Positions 1 through 8,068 are shown, counted from the stretch's first letter. The stretch: DNA of 15,778 nucleotides from Erysipelotrichaceae bacterium (GCA_028698185.1 JAQVDW010000036.1:1-15778), one strand, 5' to 3'. Numbers and translations: made by a program. Notes: generated by a model not told the origin, from the sequence alone.

Positions 1-561
1 ATCCAGACTTATTCGCAGTCGGTCAAGGACGATATCTATCCTTACGGTTCCAAAGAGGCTTCGATGGATGTCATCATTGACAACGCCGACCGTCTTGAAC
101 GCAAGGTCCAGTCATTGCTCCATCTCAACCGGCTCGATTATCTTTGCGAGTCCAACAGCCAGGAAACCGTGGCGATGGGCGAATTGATAAATGAGATCGC
201 AATCCAATTCCGGTTCATGCATCCGAATATCGAGTTCGAGCTAAGTATCGAAGATGCCACGTTTGTGGGAGACATCGAGGCTTGGCGGATCGCAATCGAG
301 AACATCCTGGCCAACGGCTGCCGCTACGTGAAAAACCGATTTGTCATCACCTTGACCCAGGATACCCTGACAATATACAATGACGGGGAACATTTCGACG
401 AGGCGATAGTGACCTCGATGTTCAATCCCTATGAAAAAGGCAACAAGGGCCAATTCGGTCTAGGCCTTTCGATTGTGAAGAAGACCTGCGACATCTACGG
501 TTACAGCCTGTCAGCGAAGAATGAGGAACTCGGAGTAAGTTTCATAATTTCCAAAAAATAA
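1..561 (+). CDS. Sensor histidine kinase, C-terminal part (5' end lies outside the window)
   Basis: Frame 1 is open from base 1; IQTYSQSVKDDIYPYGSKEAS precedes the Met listed at 64. HATPase_c-like N, G1 and G2 box motifs are present (ENILANGCRY, YNDGEHF, GLGLSIVKK). Stop TAA at 559-561. Confidence 0.9.
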   Translation: MQTYSQSVKDDIYPYGSKEASMDVIIDNADRLERKVQSLLHLNRLDYLCESNSQETVAMGELINEIAIQFRFMHPNIEFELSIEDATFVGDIEAWRIAIENILANGCRYVKNRFVITLTQDTLTIYNDGEHFDEAIVTSMFNPYEKGNKGQFGLGLSIVKKTCDIYGYSLSAKNEELGVSFIISKK

Positions 562-588
562 ACCCGTTTAACGGGTTTTTGTTTTTTT
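560..588 (+). terminator. Rho-independent terminator of the histidine kinase gene
   Basis: 8-bp stem AAACCCGT (560-567) / ACGGGTTT (571-578), 3-nt loop, followed by TTGTTTTTTT. The stem begins inside the stop codon. Confidence 0.75.
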
Positions 589-610
589 AGGATGATTAAT
601 CCGTTATAAT
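582..610 (+). promoter_or_regulatory. Possible promoter for the transglutaminase-like lipoprotein gene
   Basis: TATAAT at 605-610, about 30 nt upstream of the ATG at 640. Only a T-run sits where a -35 would be. Confidence 0.3.
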
Positions 611-639
611 TGGTTTAGAACAGCTAAGGGGGCATTATT

Positions 640-1692
640 ATGCGCAAAACAGCAATCATACTGATAGTCGCCTTGACGATAAGCGGCTGCAGTTTTTTTA
701 ACCGGGACGTCAGCTATCCTGACGTGTTCACCCAGGATGGTGGCATGCACTGGTATTATCGGCAGCTTGACGCCAATCAGCAGATCGACTATCAGAACAT
801 CTACAACTGCCTGGCAGCCTACGGGAGCCATGTCGCCATCCAGGCAACCAATGTGAGTGAGCTTCAGGTGGTCGTCGATGCGGTGGTCTTCGACAACCCG
901 GAGATATTCTATATGGCCAACTGCACCTTGAACCAGCAGGGCAAGAGCTACTATTTCGAACCGCAGTACCTTTTTGATCGGGATGAGGTGGAAGACTACC
1001 GGGACCAGCTCCAGGCAAAGGCCCAGTCCGTGACAGAGGATATCGCAGGGGAAGACGAGTATGACCAGATTGTCTATCTCTATGAGTATGTCATCAACCA
1101 TAACGAATATGTCACAAACGCCGACTACAACCAGACCGTGGTCTCATCGATGATCTATGGGAAGACCGTATGTGCCGGTTATGCCTCGATGTTCCAGTAT
1201 CTAAGCGATTATATCGGACTAGATGTCGGTTCCATGGTGGGGATCTCGATCGAGACCAGTAGCAATCCCAGCCAATACCACCAATGGAATGTGGTCGAAT
1301 ATGAGGGCGACTACTACTATCTCGACCCCACCTGGGGTGATGCTATTGACGGTTTGCTTTATGACTATTGCATGTATTCCAGCGACATCATGACAAACCT
1401 TTACGAGCCAACCGGGGAAGTGTATCCGACTGGTAACCTGGCCAACACCTATTACCAAAGAAACGATCAATACATCGATGATTATTCCCTGGCCCAAGTA
1501 GAAGCCATCATCAAGAACAGCCCGGGGCGCTCGTGTTCCATCCAGTTCAGTGATGATTCCTACAACCTGGCCAAAAGAAGGTTGATATCCCAACAGGAAA
1601 TATTCACTGCCTTGCAAAATACCGGCTACCTATCGAACAACATTGATTACCTGACCAATGACATAACCAAAACGATATATGTCGAGTACTAA
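640..1692 (+). CDS. Transglutaminase-like (Cys-His-Asp core) lipoprotein
   Basis: RBS AAGGGGG at 626-632, 7 nt before the ATG. Signal peptide MRKTAIILIVALTISGC carries a lipobox. Transglutaminase-core-like motifs are GKTVCAGYASMFQYL and HQWNVVEYEGDYYYLDPTWGD. Stop TAA. Confidence 0.85.
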   Translation: MRKTAIILIVALTISGCSFFNRDVSYPDVFTQDGGMHWYYRQLDANQQIDYQNIYNCLAAYGSHVAIQATNVSELQVVVDAVVFDNPEIFYMANCTLNQQGKSYYFEPQYLFDRDEVEDYRDQLQAKAQSVTEDIAGEDEYDQIVYLYEYVINHNEYVTNADYNQTVVSSMIYGKTVCAGYASMFQYLSDYIGLDVGSMVGISIETSSNPSQYHQWNVVEYEGDYYYLDPTWGDAIDGLLYDYCMYSSDIMTNLYEPTGEVYPTGNLANTYYQRNDQYIDDYSLAQVEAIIKNSPGRSCSIQFSDDSYNLAKRRLISQQEIFTALQNTGYLSNNIDYLTNDITKTIYVEY

Positions 1693-1695
1693 AAC

Positions 1696-1761
1696 AACCT
1701 TACCTTTGCCTAAGTAGCGTGATCACAATGATTCACGTGTAGACAAACGGTAAGGTTTTTG
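1696..1761. terminator. Compound bidirectional terminator between convergent genes
   Basis: Outer stem AACCTTACC (1696-1704) / GGTAAGGTT (1749-1757) encloses an inner CGTGA..TCACG hairpin. A T-run (1756-1760) follows on the + strand and GTTTT follows on the - strand. Confidence 0.55.
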
Positions 1762-1763
1762 CA

Positions 1764-2783
1764 TTATTTGAGATTGAGATTCTTTACGCTCGCCCGAGTC
1801 ACAATCGAAGTGGCAACCAAAATTTTCTGGATATTGTTGTCGCTACTGCTAATTTTGGATACCAATCGCCCGACCGCAGTTTTGCCAAGATAGCGCTTGT
1901 CGACATTGACGGTAGTCAATGCCGGTGTCAGCATTTCACTAAATGGCAAATTGTCAAAACCACAAATGGATATGTCAAGCTTGAGTTCCCGCAATGCCTT
2001 CAGGGCGCCGAAGGCGATATTGTCATTAACCGCATAAAAAGCCGATGGAAGCGTTGATGCGGGAAATTCCTTCAGGAATGACTCAAGGTAGCTTAGCATG
2101 TCCCTATAGGATCCCTCGGGATTGGGATCGACCAAAGCCTCGTTTTCTGGCAAGAAGTCAAGGTTGTAGTCATAGAGGGCTTGGAGATAGCCAAGTCGAC
2201 GCTCCTTGAAGTTGTTTATCTGGTAAGCGGAATTTATTATCCCTATTTTTTTATGACCGTTGATGATCAAGTGTTCAACAATCTGGTAGGTGCCATCGAC
2301 GTTGTTTATGGCAATATAGTCGAAGTCCGGATTCTTGAATGCGGCGTCAAGGACAACAAGGGGGATGCATATTTTTTTGAACATGCGCAGGTCGACAGCA
2401 TCCAATTCCGTCGCAAGAAGTAGGATACCGCTGGTCTGATTGACTTTCAGCAGTTGCATAATGTCGGTATCCTCAAAATCGTTCGATTCGAAATGGTTGA
2501 TTGCCAGCTCGTAGCCGTTGGCACTGCACTCGGTTTCGATGCCGCGGATCAGCTCAGAGAAAAATGGTGTATCGCCGATGACATTGGCCTTGTTGTTGAT
2601 GATGACAAGTCGGATCAGCTTTTTGTCATCCTTGGTCGAATGGAAATAACCCATCTCCCTGGCAATCTGCAAAATTTGATCCCGTTTCTCTTCGCTGATT
2701 CCTTTTTTATTATTGAGGGCATTCGATACAGTCCCGTCGGAAACCCCGGCCTTTAAAGCGATATCATGTATTTTTATCTTCAT
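1764..2783 (-). CDS. LacI-family transcriptional regulator
   Basis: N-terminal HTH MKIKIHDIALKAGVSDGTVSNALNNKKGISEEKRDQILQIAREMGY, followed by a periplasmic-binding-protein-like sugar-binding body. RBS GAGGAG lies 6 nt upstream of the ATG (2783-2781). Confidence 0.95.
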   Translation of the reverse strand: MKIKIHDIALKAGVSDGTVSNALNNKKGISEEKRDQILQIAREMGYFHSTKDDKKLIRLVIINNKANVIGDTPFFSELIRGIETECSANGYELAINHFESNDFEDTDIMQLLKVNQTSGILLLATELDAVDLRMFKKICIPLVVLDAAFKNPDFDYIAINNVDGTYQIVEHLIINGHKKIGIINSAYQINNFKERRLGYLQALYDYNLDFLPENEALVDPNPEGSYRDMLSYLESFLKEFPASTLPSAFYAVNDNIAFGALKALRELKLDISICGFDNLPFSEMLTPALTTVNVDKRYLGKTAVGRLVSKISSSDNNIQKILVATSIVTRASVKNLNLK

Positions 2784-2995
2784 GGCATTCTCCTCAGTAC
2801 TAAAATCATAATTAAATAATAATTGAAAGGCTAAGAAAAGGCAAACATATTAAATAAATAATGTCTAATTAATTATTGTTTTGTCTGAGTAAATATCATA
2901 ATAATTAACAACTAATCAAATACTATGGTCCAATAGATGACGATAAAAATTTAGTTATAATTTAGCGATTTAGTAAATTATTTTAGTTGATGTTA

Positions 2996-3024
2996 TTGAC
3001 ATTGAAGTATGGATATTATAATAT
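2996..3024 (+). promoter_or_regulatory. SigA-type promoter for the DUF1593 lipoprotein gene
   Basis: TTGACA (2996-3001), 17-nt spacer, TAATAT (3019-3024), located in a very AT-rich 390-nt divergent intergenic region. Confidence 0.6.
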
Positions 3025-3046
3025 GAAAAGGCGGTAACCGTTTTCA
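3024..3046. promoter_or_regulatory. Candidate LacI-family / cre-like operator overlapping the transcription start
   Basis: GGTAACCGTTTTCA (3033-3046) matches TGNAANCGNTTNCA at 13 of 14 positions. It is also framed by the inverted repeat TGAAAA (3024-3029) / TTTTCA (3041-3046). It sits immediately downstream of the -10 element. Confidence 0.4.
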
Positions 3047-3173
3047 GAAGGTGTAGCTAGCCTGATGATTTTTGTATTTGAGAGAAAACTATTGTAAAGT
3101 ATTGTGCACGATATTTAACAAAGACCGGCAATTTTTCAAAACTGAGAAGTGAATTTATTTTGGAGGGAAAGAA

Positions 3174-4727
3174 GTGAAAAGGATATTGGCACCAGTTATG
3201 GCAGGAGCGCTTTTTCTTAGTGGATGCGCTGCGTCGGATACTAACACAGATTCAACTAAAGAGATAGCTCGGACAGTAATCACAACCGATGGAGAAGTCG
3301 ACGACATGAACTCTGTAATCCGAGCGTTGTTATATGCAAACGATATGGACATCGAAGGAATTGTGCTGACGAGCTCGATGTATCACTATGCCGGAAACGA
3401 GTCTAAAGGTGTTGAACCATTCAGATGGACGGGAACACAGTGGATTTATGATTTCCTGGATGACTACGAAGCGGTATACGATAATTTGAAATCTCACGAT
3501 TCGAATTATCCGGAACCTGACTATCTAAGGTCGGTAACTAAGATTGGAAATATATCTAATAAAGGTGAAATGGATGAAGTCACTGAAGGATCGGAATTTC
3601 TAAAAGAACTTTTCCTTGATAATAATTCAGAACCTCTTTATGTTCAAACTTGGGGTGGGACAAATACAACAGCCCGAGCTTTGAAATCAATAGAAGCGGA
3701 ATACAAGGATTCAAGTGAATGGGAAACTATCCAGCAAAAAATATATGACAAGCTGGTTCTTTATATCATCTTGGATCAGGATGAGAGTTATGGTGAATAC
3801 ATCGCCACAAACTGGCCTGAAATCAAGGTTGTCAACGATCGCAGCAATTTCTGGCATTTCGCATATGCTTGGCAATTCCACAGCGATGAATTGAACGACA
3901 AATTAAAAGCTGACTGGACTTATGAAAATCTTGTGAAGGATAAAGGTCCATTGATGGAAAACTATGCCTTGATGGGCGACGGCCGAATTCTCGATGGGGA
4001 GCTTGCAGAAGAACAGCGTGGGAGCGATGCTTACCTGGCGAACAATCCGAACTATCAAAAATATGATTTCATTTCAGAAGGAGATTCACCATCATTCTTG
4101 TATTTGATTGACAATGGATTAAGAAGCCTTGAAAATCCTAGCTACGGTGGCTGGGGTGGCCGCTTCGGAATTGCTTCAAACCAACTGTACGTAAATAACG
4201 TACTGGATTATGATGTTTATACAAATCAATACGAAGCTCAATACAGTTTGACAAGATGGTTTGATGACATCCAGAATGATTTCGCAGCAAGAGTTGAGTG
4301 GACGTTGACACCAAATGAAGATGAAGTCAATCATGCTCCGGTTGTTACAGTTGAACAGGGTGTCGATATCAGTGCCAAAGCCGGTGATGAAGTTGTGCTG
4401 AGCGCAAATGCAACGGACCTAGACGGTGATGATCTGACATACAAATGGTGGCGCTATTTTGAGGCGGATACGTACCAAGATTTTGCTTCTAGCAAAGAAG
4501 ATGTTGAAGATGATAGCTTGGGATTATTGTTGAATGTAACTCGTGAACTTGATGAAAATGAAGTTGTGGATTCGATTGAAATTACTAACCCTGAATCAAG
4601 TCAGATGTCGTTCTTAGTGCCTGCAGATGCCAAAGCGGGCGATACAATCCATATGGTTATCGAAGGTCAGGATAACGGAAAACATCAATTAAAACACTAT
4701 CAAAGAGTAGTTATTACCGTTGATTAG
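3174..4727 (+). CDS. DUF1593 / Sde182-type nucleoside-hydrolase-like domain lipoprotein with C-terminal Ig-like domain
   Basis: RBS GGAGGG at 3162-3167, GTG start at 3174. Signal peptide MKRILAPVMAGALFLSGC has a lipobox. The N-terminal ITTDGEVDDMNSVIRALLYANDMDIEGIV acidic cluster is typical of DUF1593. The C-terminal NHAPVVTVEQG...ATDLDGDDLTYKWW segment looks Ig-like. Stop TAG. Confidence 0.8.
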   Translation: MKRILAPVMAGALFLSGCAASDTNTDSTKEIARTVITTDGEVDDMNSVIRALLYANDMDIEGIVLTSSMYHYAGNESKGVEPFRWTGTQWIYDFLDDYEAVYDNLKSHDSNYPEPDYLRSVTKIGNISNKGEMDEVTEGSEFLKELFLDNNSEPLYVQTWGGTNTTARALKSIEAEYKDSSEWETIQQKIYDKLVLYIILDQDESYGEYIATNWPEIKVVNDRSNFWHFAYAWQFHSDELNDKLKADWTYENLVKDKGPLMENYALMGDGRILDGELAEEQRGSDAYLANNPNYQKYDFISEGDSPSFLYLIDNGLRSLENPSYGGWGGRFGIASNQLYVNNVLDYDVYTNQYEAQYSLTRWFDDIQNDFAARVEWTLTPNEDEVNHAPVVTVEQGVDISAKAGDEVVLSANATDLDGDDLTYKWWRYFEADTYQDFASSKEDVEDDSLGLLLNVTRELDENEVVDSIEITNPESSQMSFLVPADAKAGDTIHMVIEGQDNGKHQLKHYQRVVITVD

Positions 4728-4739
4728 TGAAATGAAAAG

Positions 4740-4776
4740 ACAGCCAGGAATCATTGATTCGCTGACTGTTTTTTTA
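4740..4776. terminator. Bidirectional terminator between the DUF1593 gene and the AEC permease gene
   Basis: Long imperfect hairpin ACAGCCAGGAATC-att-GATTCGCTGACTGT (4740-4769) with one mismatch and one bulge. TTTTTT follows on the + strand and CTTTTCATTT follows on the - strand. Confidence 0.7.
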
Positions 4777-5703
4777 TATTATCTGGTAAAACATTATGAT
4801 AAGTGGCATCGTGATCAGACAGAAGATTACCGAAAGGACATTGATGATGCTTGAATAGGCAGGGTCTTTGTCGAAGATCTGGGCAAAGTTGGTGATGGTT
4901 GAGGCGGTCGGCGCGCTTGCCGCCAACAATGTGATGATGAAGATTTCATTGCCGTTACTGCCAAGGAAGAAAATATCGGTAACTTTCAACAAAGCCACGG
5001 CAAACAACGGGAAAACAATCAATCGGTAGAAGCAAATGACATAAGCGCGTTTGTTTGCAAACACTTCGGAAAGATTCATGTTGGCGATAAGCATCCCGAC
5101 GATGATCATGCTCAACGGTCCGATCATCGAACCGAAGCTGCTCACAGTCTCGCCAAGGATTGATGGCAAAGTGATTTTACTCATGAACATCGCAAATCCG
5201 ATCACAATGGCGATCACATTGATGTTGAGGACGATTTTCTTGAATTCGTAGCTGGGACTTTCCATTACCAGGCTTTTGGCATGGGTCCAGAGAAGGATGG
5301 TCTGGATCAGCATGTAGCCCGAACTGTAGATGACCCATTGGGTGCCCAAAACCGAACCGACCAATGGGATGATCAGGTTGCCGGAGTTAGCATAGATCAT
5401 TGCCGCCTTTTCGATTGACTGGAATTCACGGAAATTGTTTAGGAGACGGGCTCCGATGATAAATGCAATCTGGACAACGAGCGCCCCGATTAGTGCGATG
5501 AATAATCCGTGAAGCTTCTCGTTGGAAAAGCTGACCTGGTATGAACTCAAAATAGCGCAAGGTGAAGCGACATACAAGACGAACTTCGACATTATCTTGC
5601 TGTCTTCGACCTTGAAAAGTTTGGCTTTGACAATGACATAGCCGACTACGACCATAATGAATAATTTTAATATCTGCTGCATCAATAAAAAACTTAATTC
5701 CAT
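4774..5703 (-). CDS. AEC (auxin efflux carrier / Mem_trans) family permease
   Basis: 309-aa polytopic membrane protein with about 10 hydrophobic segments. N-terminus MELSFLLMQQILKLFIMVVVGYVIVKAKLF is typical of AEC transporters. RBS GGGAG lies 7 nt upstream of the ATG (5703-5701). Confidence 0.8.
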   Translation of the reverse strand: MELSFLLMQQILKLFIMVVVGYVIVKAKLFKVEDSKIMSKFVLYVASPCAILSSYQVSFSNEKLHGLFIALIGALVVQIAFIIGARLLNNFREFQSIEKAAMIYANSGNLIIPLVGSVLGTQWVIYSSGYMLIQTILLWTHAKSLVMESPSYEFKKIVLNINVIAIVIGFAMFMSKITLPSILGETVSSFGSMIGPLSMIIVGMLIANMNLSEVFANKRAYVICFYRLIVFPLFAVALLKVTDIFFLGSNGNEIFIITLLAASAPTASTITNFAQIFDKDPAYSSIINVLSVIFCLITMPLIIMFYQII

Positions 5704-5972
5704 TGGTTTTCTCCCTGTTTGATATGATACTAAAGATAATAGTACAAATTCAGGGAAAATAACGATATTTTCAAAACTATAAAAGATATTTGTAATGTAG
5801 AAGTAATGAAATCGTCATTAAGTTCAGCTTGACCGTAAGTCGAGGCAACGATTCGTGGGTGGTGGCTTTGAATGTTTTCCTAAGCAGAGCACGGTACATT
5901 GTAACTGATAAGCAAACCTACACGTCTAGATTTCTTTCGCGATGAAATGCCAGGTGGTTGTTGTGACAATTG

Positions 5973-6001
5973 TTGTATTTTGAATTGAATCCGTCTATAA
6001 T
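5973..6001 (+). promoter_or_regulatory. Promoter for the zinc-ribbon gene
   Basis: TTGTAT (5973-5978), 17-nt spacer, TATAAT (5996-6001). Confidence 0.5.
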
Positions 6002-6026
6002 TGAAATTGAAATGAGGGATGATCCG

Positions 6027-6392
6027 ATGAAAAAATGCACACTATGCGGCCATATAATGATTGATAATGAAAAAGTATGTAGCCGCTGCGGCTTCAAAAT
6101 AACGGAGTATTCAGGCGCTGAAGAATCCAAAATTGCCGGTTAAGAGACCAAGGAAGCCAAGCCATTTGATCTTGAAAGCGAAAAAGAGAAAATTGTCAAT
6201 AAAATTGAGCGGGCGTTGCCAAACGATTACCGCAAATATGATCCGGCAATGAAGTTTTTCCTTGGTTTGTTGTTCGCGCCCGCTTTTTTTATTTTCCTGG
6301 TAAATGGAAGTAAAAGGATCAACCAATATCTCAAGTATGTCTTTATTGCCATTATTATTATCGTCTATATCATTGTCCTGGTGGCAGGGTAA
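6027..6392 (+). pseudogene. Zinc-ribbon plus two-TM membrane protein gene interrupted by a single in-frame TAA (6141-6143)
   Basis: RBS GAGGG at 6014-6018, ATG at 6027. MKKCTLCGHIMIDNEKVCSRCGFKITEYSGAEESKIAG is followed by TAA. The same frame continues as ETKEAKPFDLESEKEKIVNKIERALPNDYRKYDPAMKFFLGLLFAPAFFIFLVNGSKRINQYLKYVFIAIIIIVYIIVLVAG to TAA at 6390-6392. Both pieces are too short for the ORF track. Confidence 0.6.
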
Positions 6393-6474
6393 TGGGTCCT
6401 GACTCAATGAGACTGTCCTGAAAAATATTTCCAGGCAAGAAGCAATCCTGCAACAAGATATTAACTTTACTTAG

Positions 6475-6505
6475 AGGACCGTGGTCGTTTGATTACGGTC
6501 CTTTA
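6475..6505 (+). terminator. Possible weak terminator after the zinc-ribbon gene
   Basis: 8-bp stem AGGACCGT (6475-6482) / ACGGTCCT (6495-6502) with a 12-nt loop. Only TT follows, so the T-tail is poor. Confidence 0.3.
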
Positions 6506-6602
6506 GTCATTCAATGGAGCGAGTGGCATAGAATGCATAATTTCAAATTATATTCCCTCATATTTAAACTTTCCTTAGATTATTAAGTTTGGTACAAATG
6601 TG

Positions 6603-6631
6603 TTGACATTGGGCAACAATGGGAATAAACT
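6603..6631 (+). promoter_or_regulatory. Promoter for rarD
   Basis: TTGACA (6603-6608), 17-nt spacer, TAAACT (6626-6631). RBS GAGGGGGG at 6648-6655. Confidence 0.5.
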
Positions 6632-6661
6632 TGTAAAAAGTTTATTTGAGGGGGGATTTTA

Positions 6662-7564
6662 ATGGGAGCAAGAAGCAATGGACTGCTGGGCGCTTTGGCC
6701 GCTTATGGTTTATGGGGGATATTGCCGTTGTATTGGAAACTGGTCGATCGGGTCGATGCGTATTCGATTCTGGCCAGCCGGATCATATGGTCTTTCGTCT
6801 TTACAATTTTTCTGATTATTGTGATCAGGCAGTTCACAGCTTTCAAGGCGGGGTTGCGCGATTGGAGGCTATTGGCCAAGATTGCGGGCGCTTCAATCCT
6901 GGTGGCTTTCAACTGGGGCTTGTACATTAGTGCGGTAAACGCCGACAGGATTGTCGATGCCAGTCTAGGTTATTATATAAATCCCTTGCTGGCGGTAATC
7001 CTGGGGGTTGTGGTCTTCAAGGAAAGGCTTAATCGCTGTCAGCTACTGGGCATTTTCCTGGCCGGTGCCGGGGTAGTGTTGAAGACGTTCAACTACGGAC
7101 AGGTCCCATGGATATCGTTGGGACTGGCTGGCTCGTTTGCAATCTATGGGGCAATCAAGAAAAGCATCAGAATCAATTCCCTGATCTCCCTGACATTGGA
7201 GACAGCCTTGTTGAGCCCGGCCGCCTTGTTGTTTCTAGGACTACAGGAATTAGGTGGAAATGGGGCGTATGGCAACTCGTCGCTAGGCATCATTGTTTTA
7301 TTGGCGGGAGCAGGAATCATCACGGCCCTGCCTTTGCTTTTGTTTGGTTATGCAGCAAAACAGCTGCCACTTTCGCTGTTGGGGCTGACCCAGTATCTTT
7401 CGCCGACCATATCTCTTCTTCTGGGGACTCTGGTATACCACGAGGACTTTGGTATGGTCGACCTAACGGCTTTCGCAATCATCTGGGTGGCCTTGGGAAT
7501 ATTCACGTATGGCCAGTTCAAAAAGCCGGTTGAAGCCAAAAGCCAGGATATTGTGGCTGAGTAA
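6662..7564 (+). CDS. rarD: EamA/DMT-family transporter RarD
   Basis: N-terminal GLLGALAAYGLWGILPLYWKL is the RarD-type signature. 300 aa with about 10 TM segments arranged as two EamA repeats. Strong RBS 6 nt upstream. Confidence 0.88.
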   Translation: MGARSNGLLGALAAYGLWGILPLYWKLVDRVDAYSILASRIIWSFVFTIFLIIVIRQFTAFKAGLRDWRLLAKIAGASILVAFNWGLYISAVNADRIVDASLGYYINPLLAVILGVVVFKERLNRCQLLGIFLAGAGVVLKTFNYGQVPWISLGLAGSFAIYGAIKKSIRINSLISLTLETALLSPAALLFLGLQELGGNGAYGNSSLGIIVLLAGAGIITALPLLLFGYAAKQLPLSLLGLTQYLSPTISLLLGTLVYHEDFGMVDLTAFAIIWVALGIFTYGQFKKPVEAKSQDIVAE

Positions 7565-7602
7565 GCAATTTTAAGTAACTCTTATCATCCTTTTTGAAAC
7601 TA

Positions 7603-7631
7603 TTGTTATTTGAGCCAGGGAATGGTAAAAT
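7603..7631 (+). promoter_or_regulatory. Promoter for the 51-aa ORF
   Basis: TTGTTA (7603-7608), 17-nt spacer, TAAAAT (7626-7631), with an extended -10 TG at 7623-7624. Confidence 0.5.
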
Positions 7632-7665
7632 ATAGTTAGAAAAAGATTACAAGGAGGTTTTTAAT

Positions 7666-7821
7666 ATGTTCGACAATAAGAAAGATGAAAAAAACCGGGT
7701 AATTGGCAATCTTGATAAAATGACAGATATTGACGACAAGGTCGATCAAGATCCCGACAAAAGCAAACTGGAAGAAGTTATTGAAAAAGCTCATAAAGAT
7801 AAACCTAAAAAAGACAAATAA
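7666..7821 (+). CDS. Small (51 aa) highly charged hydrophilic protein, unknown function
   Basis: RBS AAGGAGG at 7651-7657, ATG at 7666. Product MFDNKKDEKNRVIGNLDKMTDIDDKVDQDPDKSKLEEVIEKAHKDKPKKDK, stop TAA at 7819-7821. It has its own promoter and terminator. It is below the ORF-track size cutoff. Confidence 0.6.
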   Translation: MFDNKKDEKNRVIGNLDKMTDIDDKVDQDPDKSKLEEVIEKAHKDKPKKDK

Positions 7822-7857
7822 TTATGCCGCTTTGACATGATGCCTCCGGTTGTTTTG

Positions 7858-7884
7858 GCTCCTTGGATTCAGGGAGCTTTTCTT
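7858..7884 (+). terminator. Rho-independent terminator after the 51-aa ORF (and the rarD transcript)
   Basis: 8-bp stem GCTCCTTG (7858-7865) / CAGGGAGC (7870-7877) with one G-U pair, loop GATT, followed by TTTTCTT. Confidence 0.7.
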
Positions 7885-8068
7885 ATGTGAAAAATCAGCT
7901 CCATTACCAAAGAATCCATCAGGATTGCGTAAAGATTCGGTCATTTTAGAAACCGCCAAGAAACTCCTTTGATCCGGTATTATAGATATCCAGGTAAAAA
8001 CACAAAAAAATACTAGCTTATAATCGATGTATTTTATCAATCGTTTCCCGGGGTTAATTATACTTAAC

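Noticed and set aside
604-1617. Minus-strand ORFs 604-1101, 728-1018 and 1219-1617
   Set aside because: They are antisense to the well-supported transglutaminase-like lipoprotein gene. Their products are low-complexity or Arg/Pro-rich and they lack start signals.
6249-6392. Second half of the zinc-ribbon locus as an independent 47-aa gene starting at ATG 6249
   Set aside because: There is no Shine-Dalgarno sequence upstream. It is in frame with the upstream zinc-ribbon ORF, and together they form one common architecture.
6111-6407. 98-aa minus-strand ORF, and the 70-aa ORF at 5918-6130
   Set aside because: They are antisense to the promoter/RBS-equipped zinc-ribbon locus and have no start signals.
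6646-7539. Alternative-frame and antisense ORFs within rarD (6646-6930, 6703-6927, 7108-7533, 7348-7539)
   Set aside because: The RarD frame is unambiguous. The alternatives lack RBSs and give Arg/Gly-rich nonsense.
7873-7902. GGAGCT (7873-7878) could pair with AGCTCC (7897-7902) instead of the terminator 5' arm, which looks like an antiterminator
   Set aside because: The competing arm lies downstream of the terminator. The terminator would therefore fold and act before the alternative helix is transcribed. This is probably a chance hexamer repeat.
7822-8040. 72-aa minus-strand ORF (or a 45-aa version starting at a TTG after AAAGGAG)
   Set aside because: It depends on TTG starts with marginal spacing. 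It reads through the plus-strand terminator hairpin at 7858-7884 and abuts the convergent 51-aa gene with no terminator of its own. I found no recognisable motif. It is kept only as part of the coding-poor-block finding.
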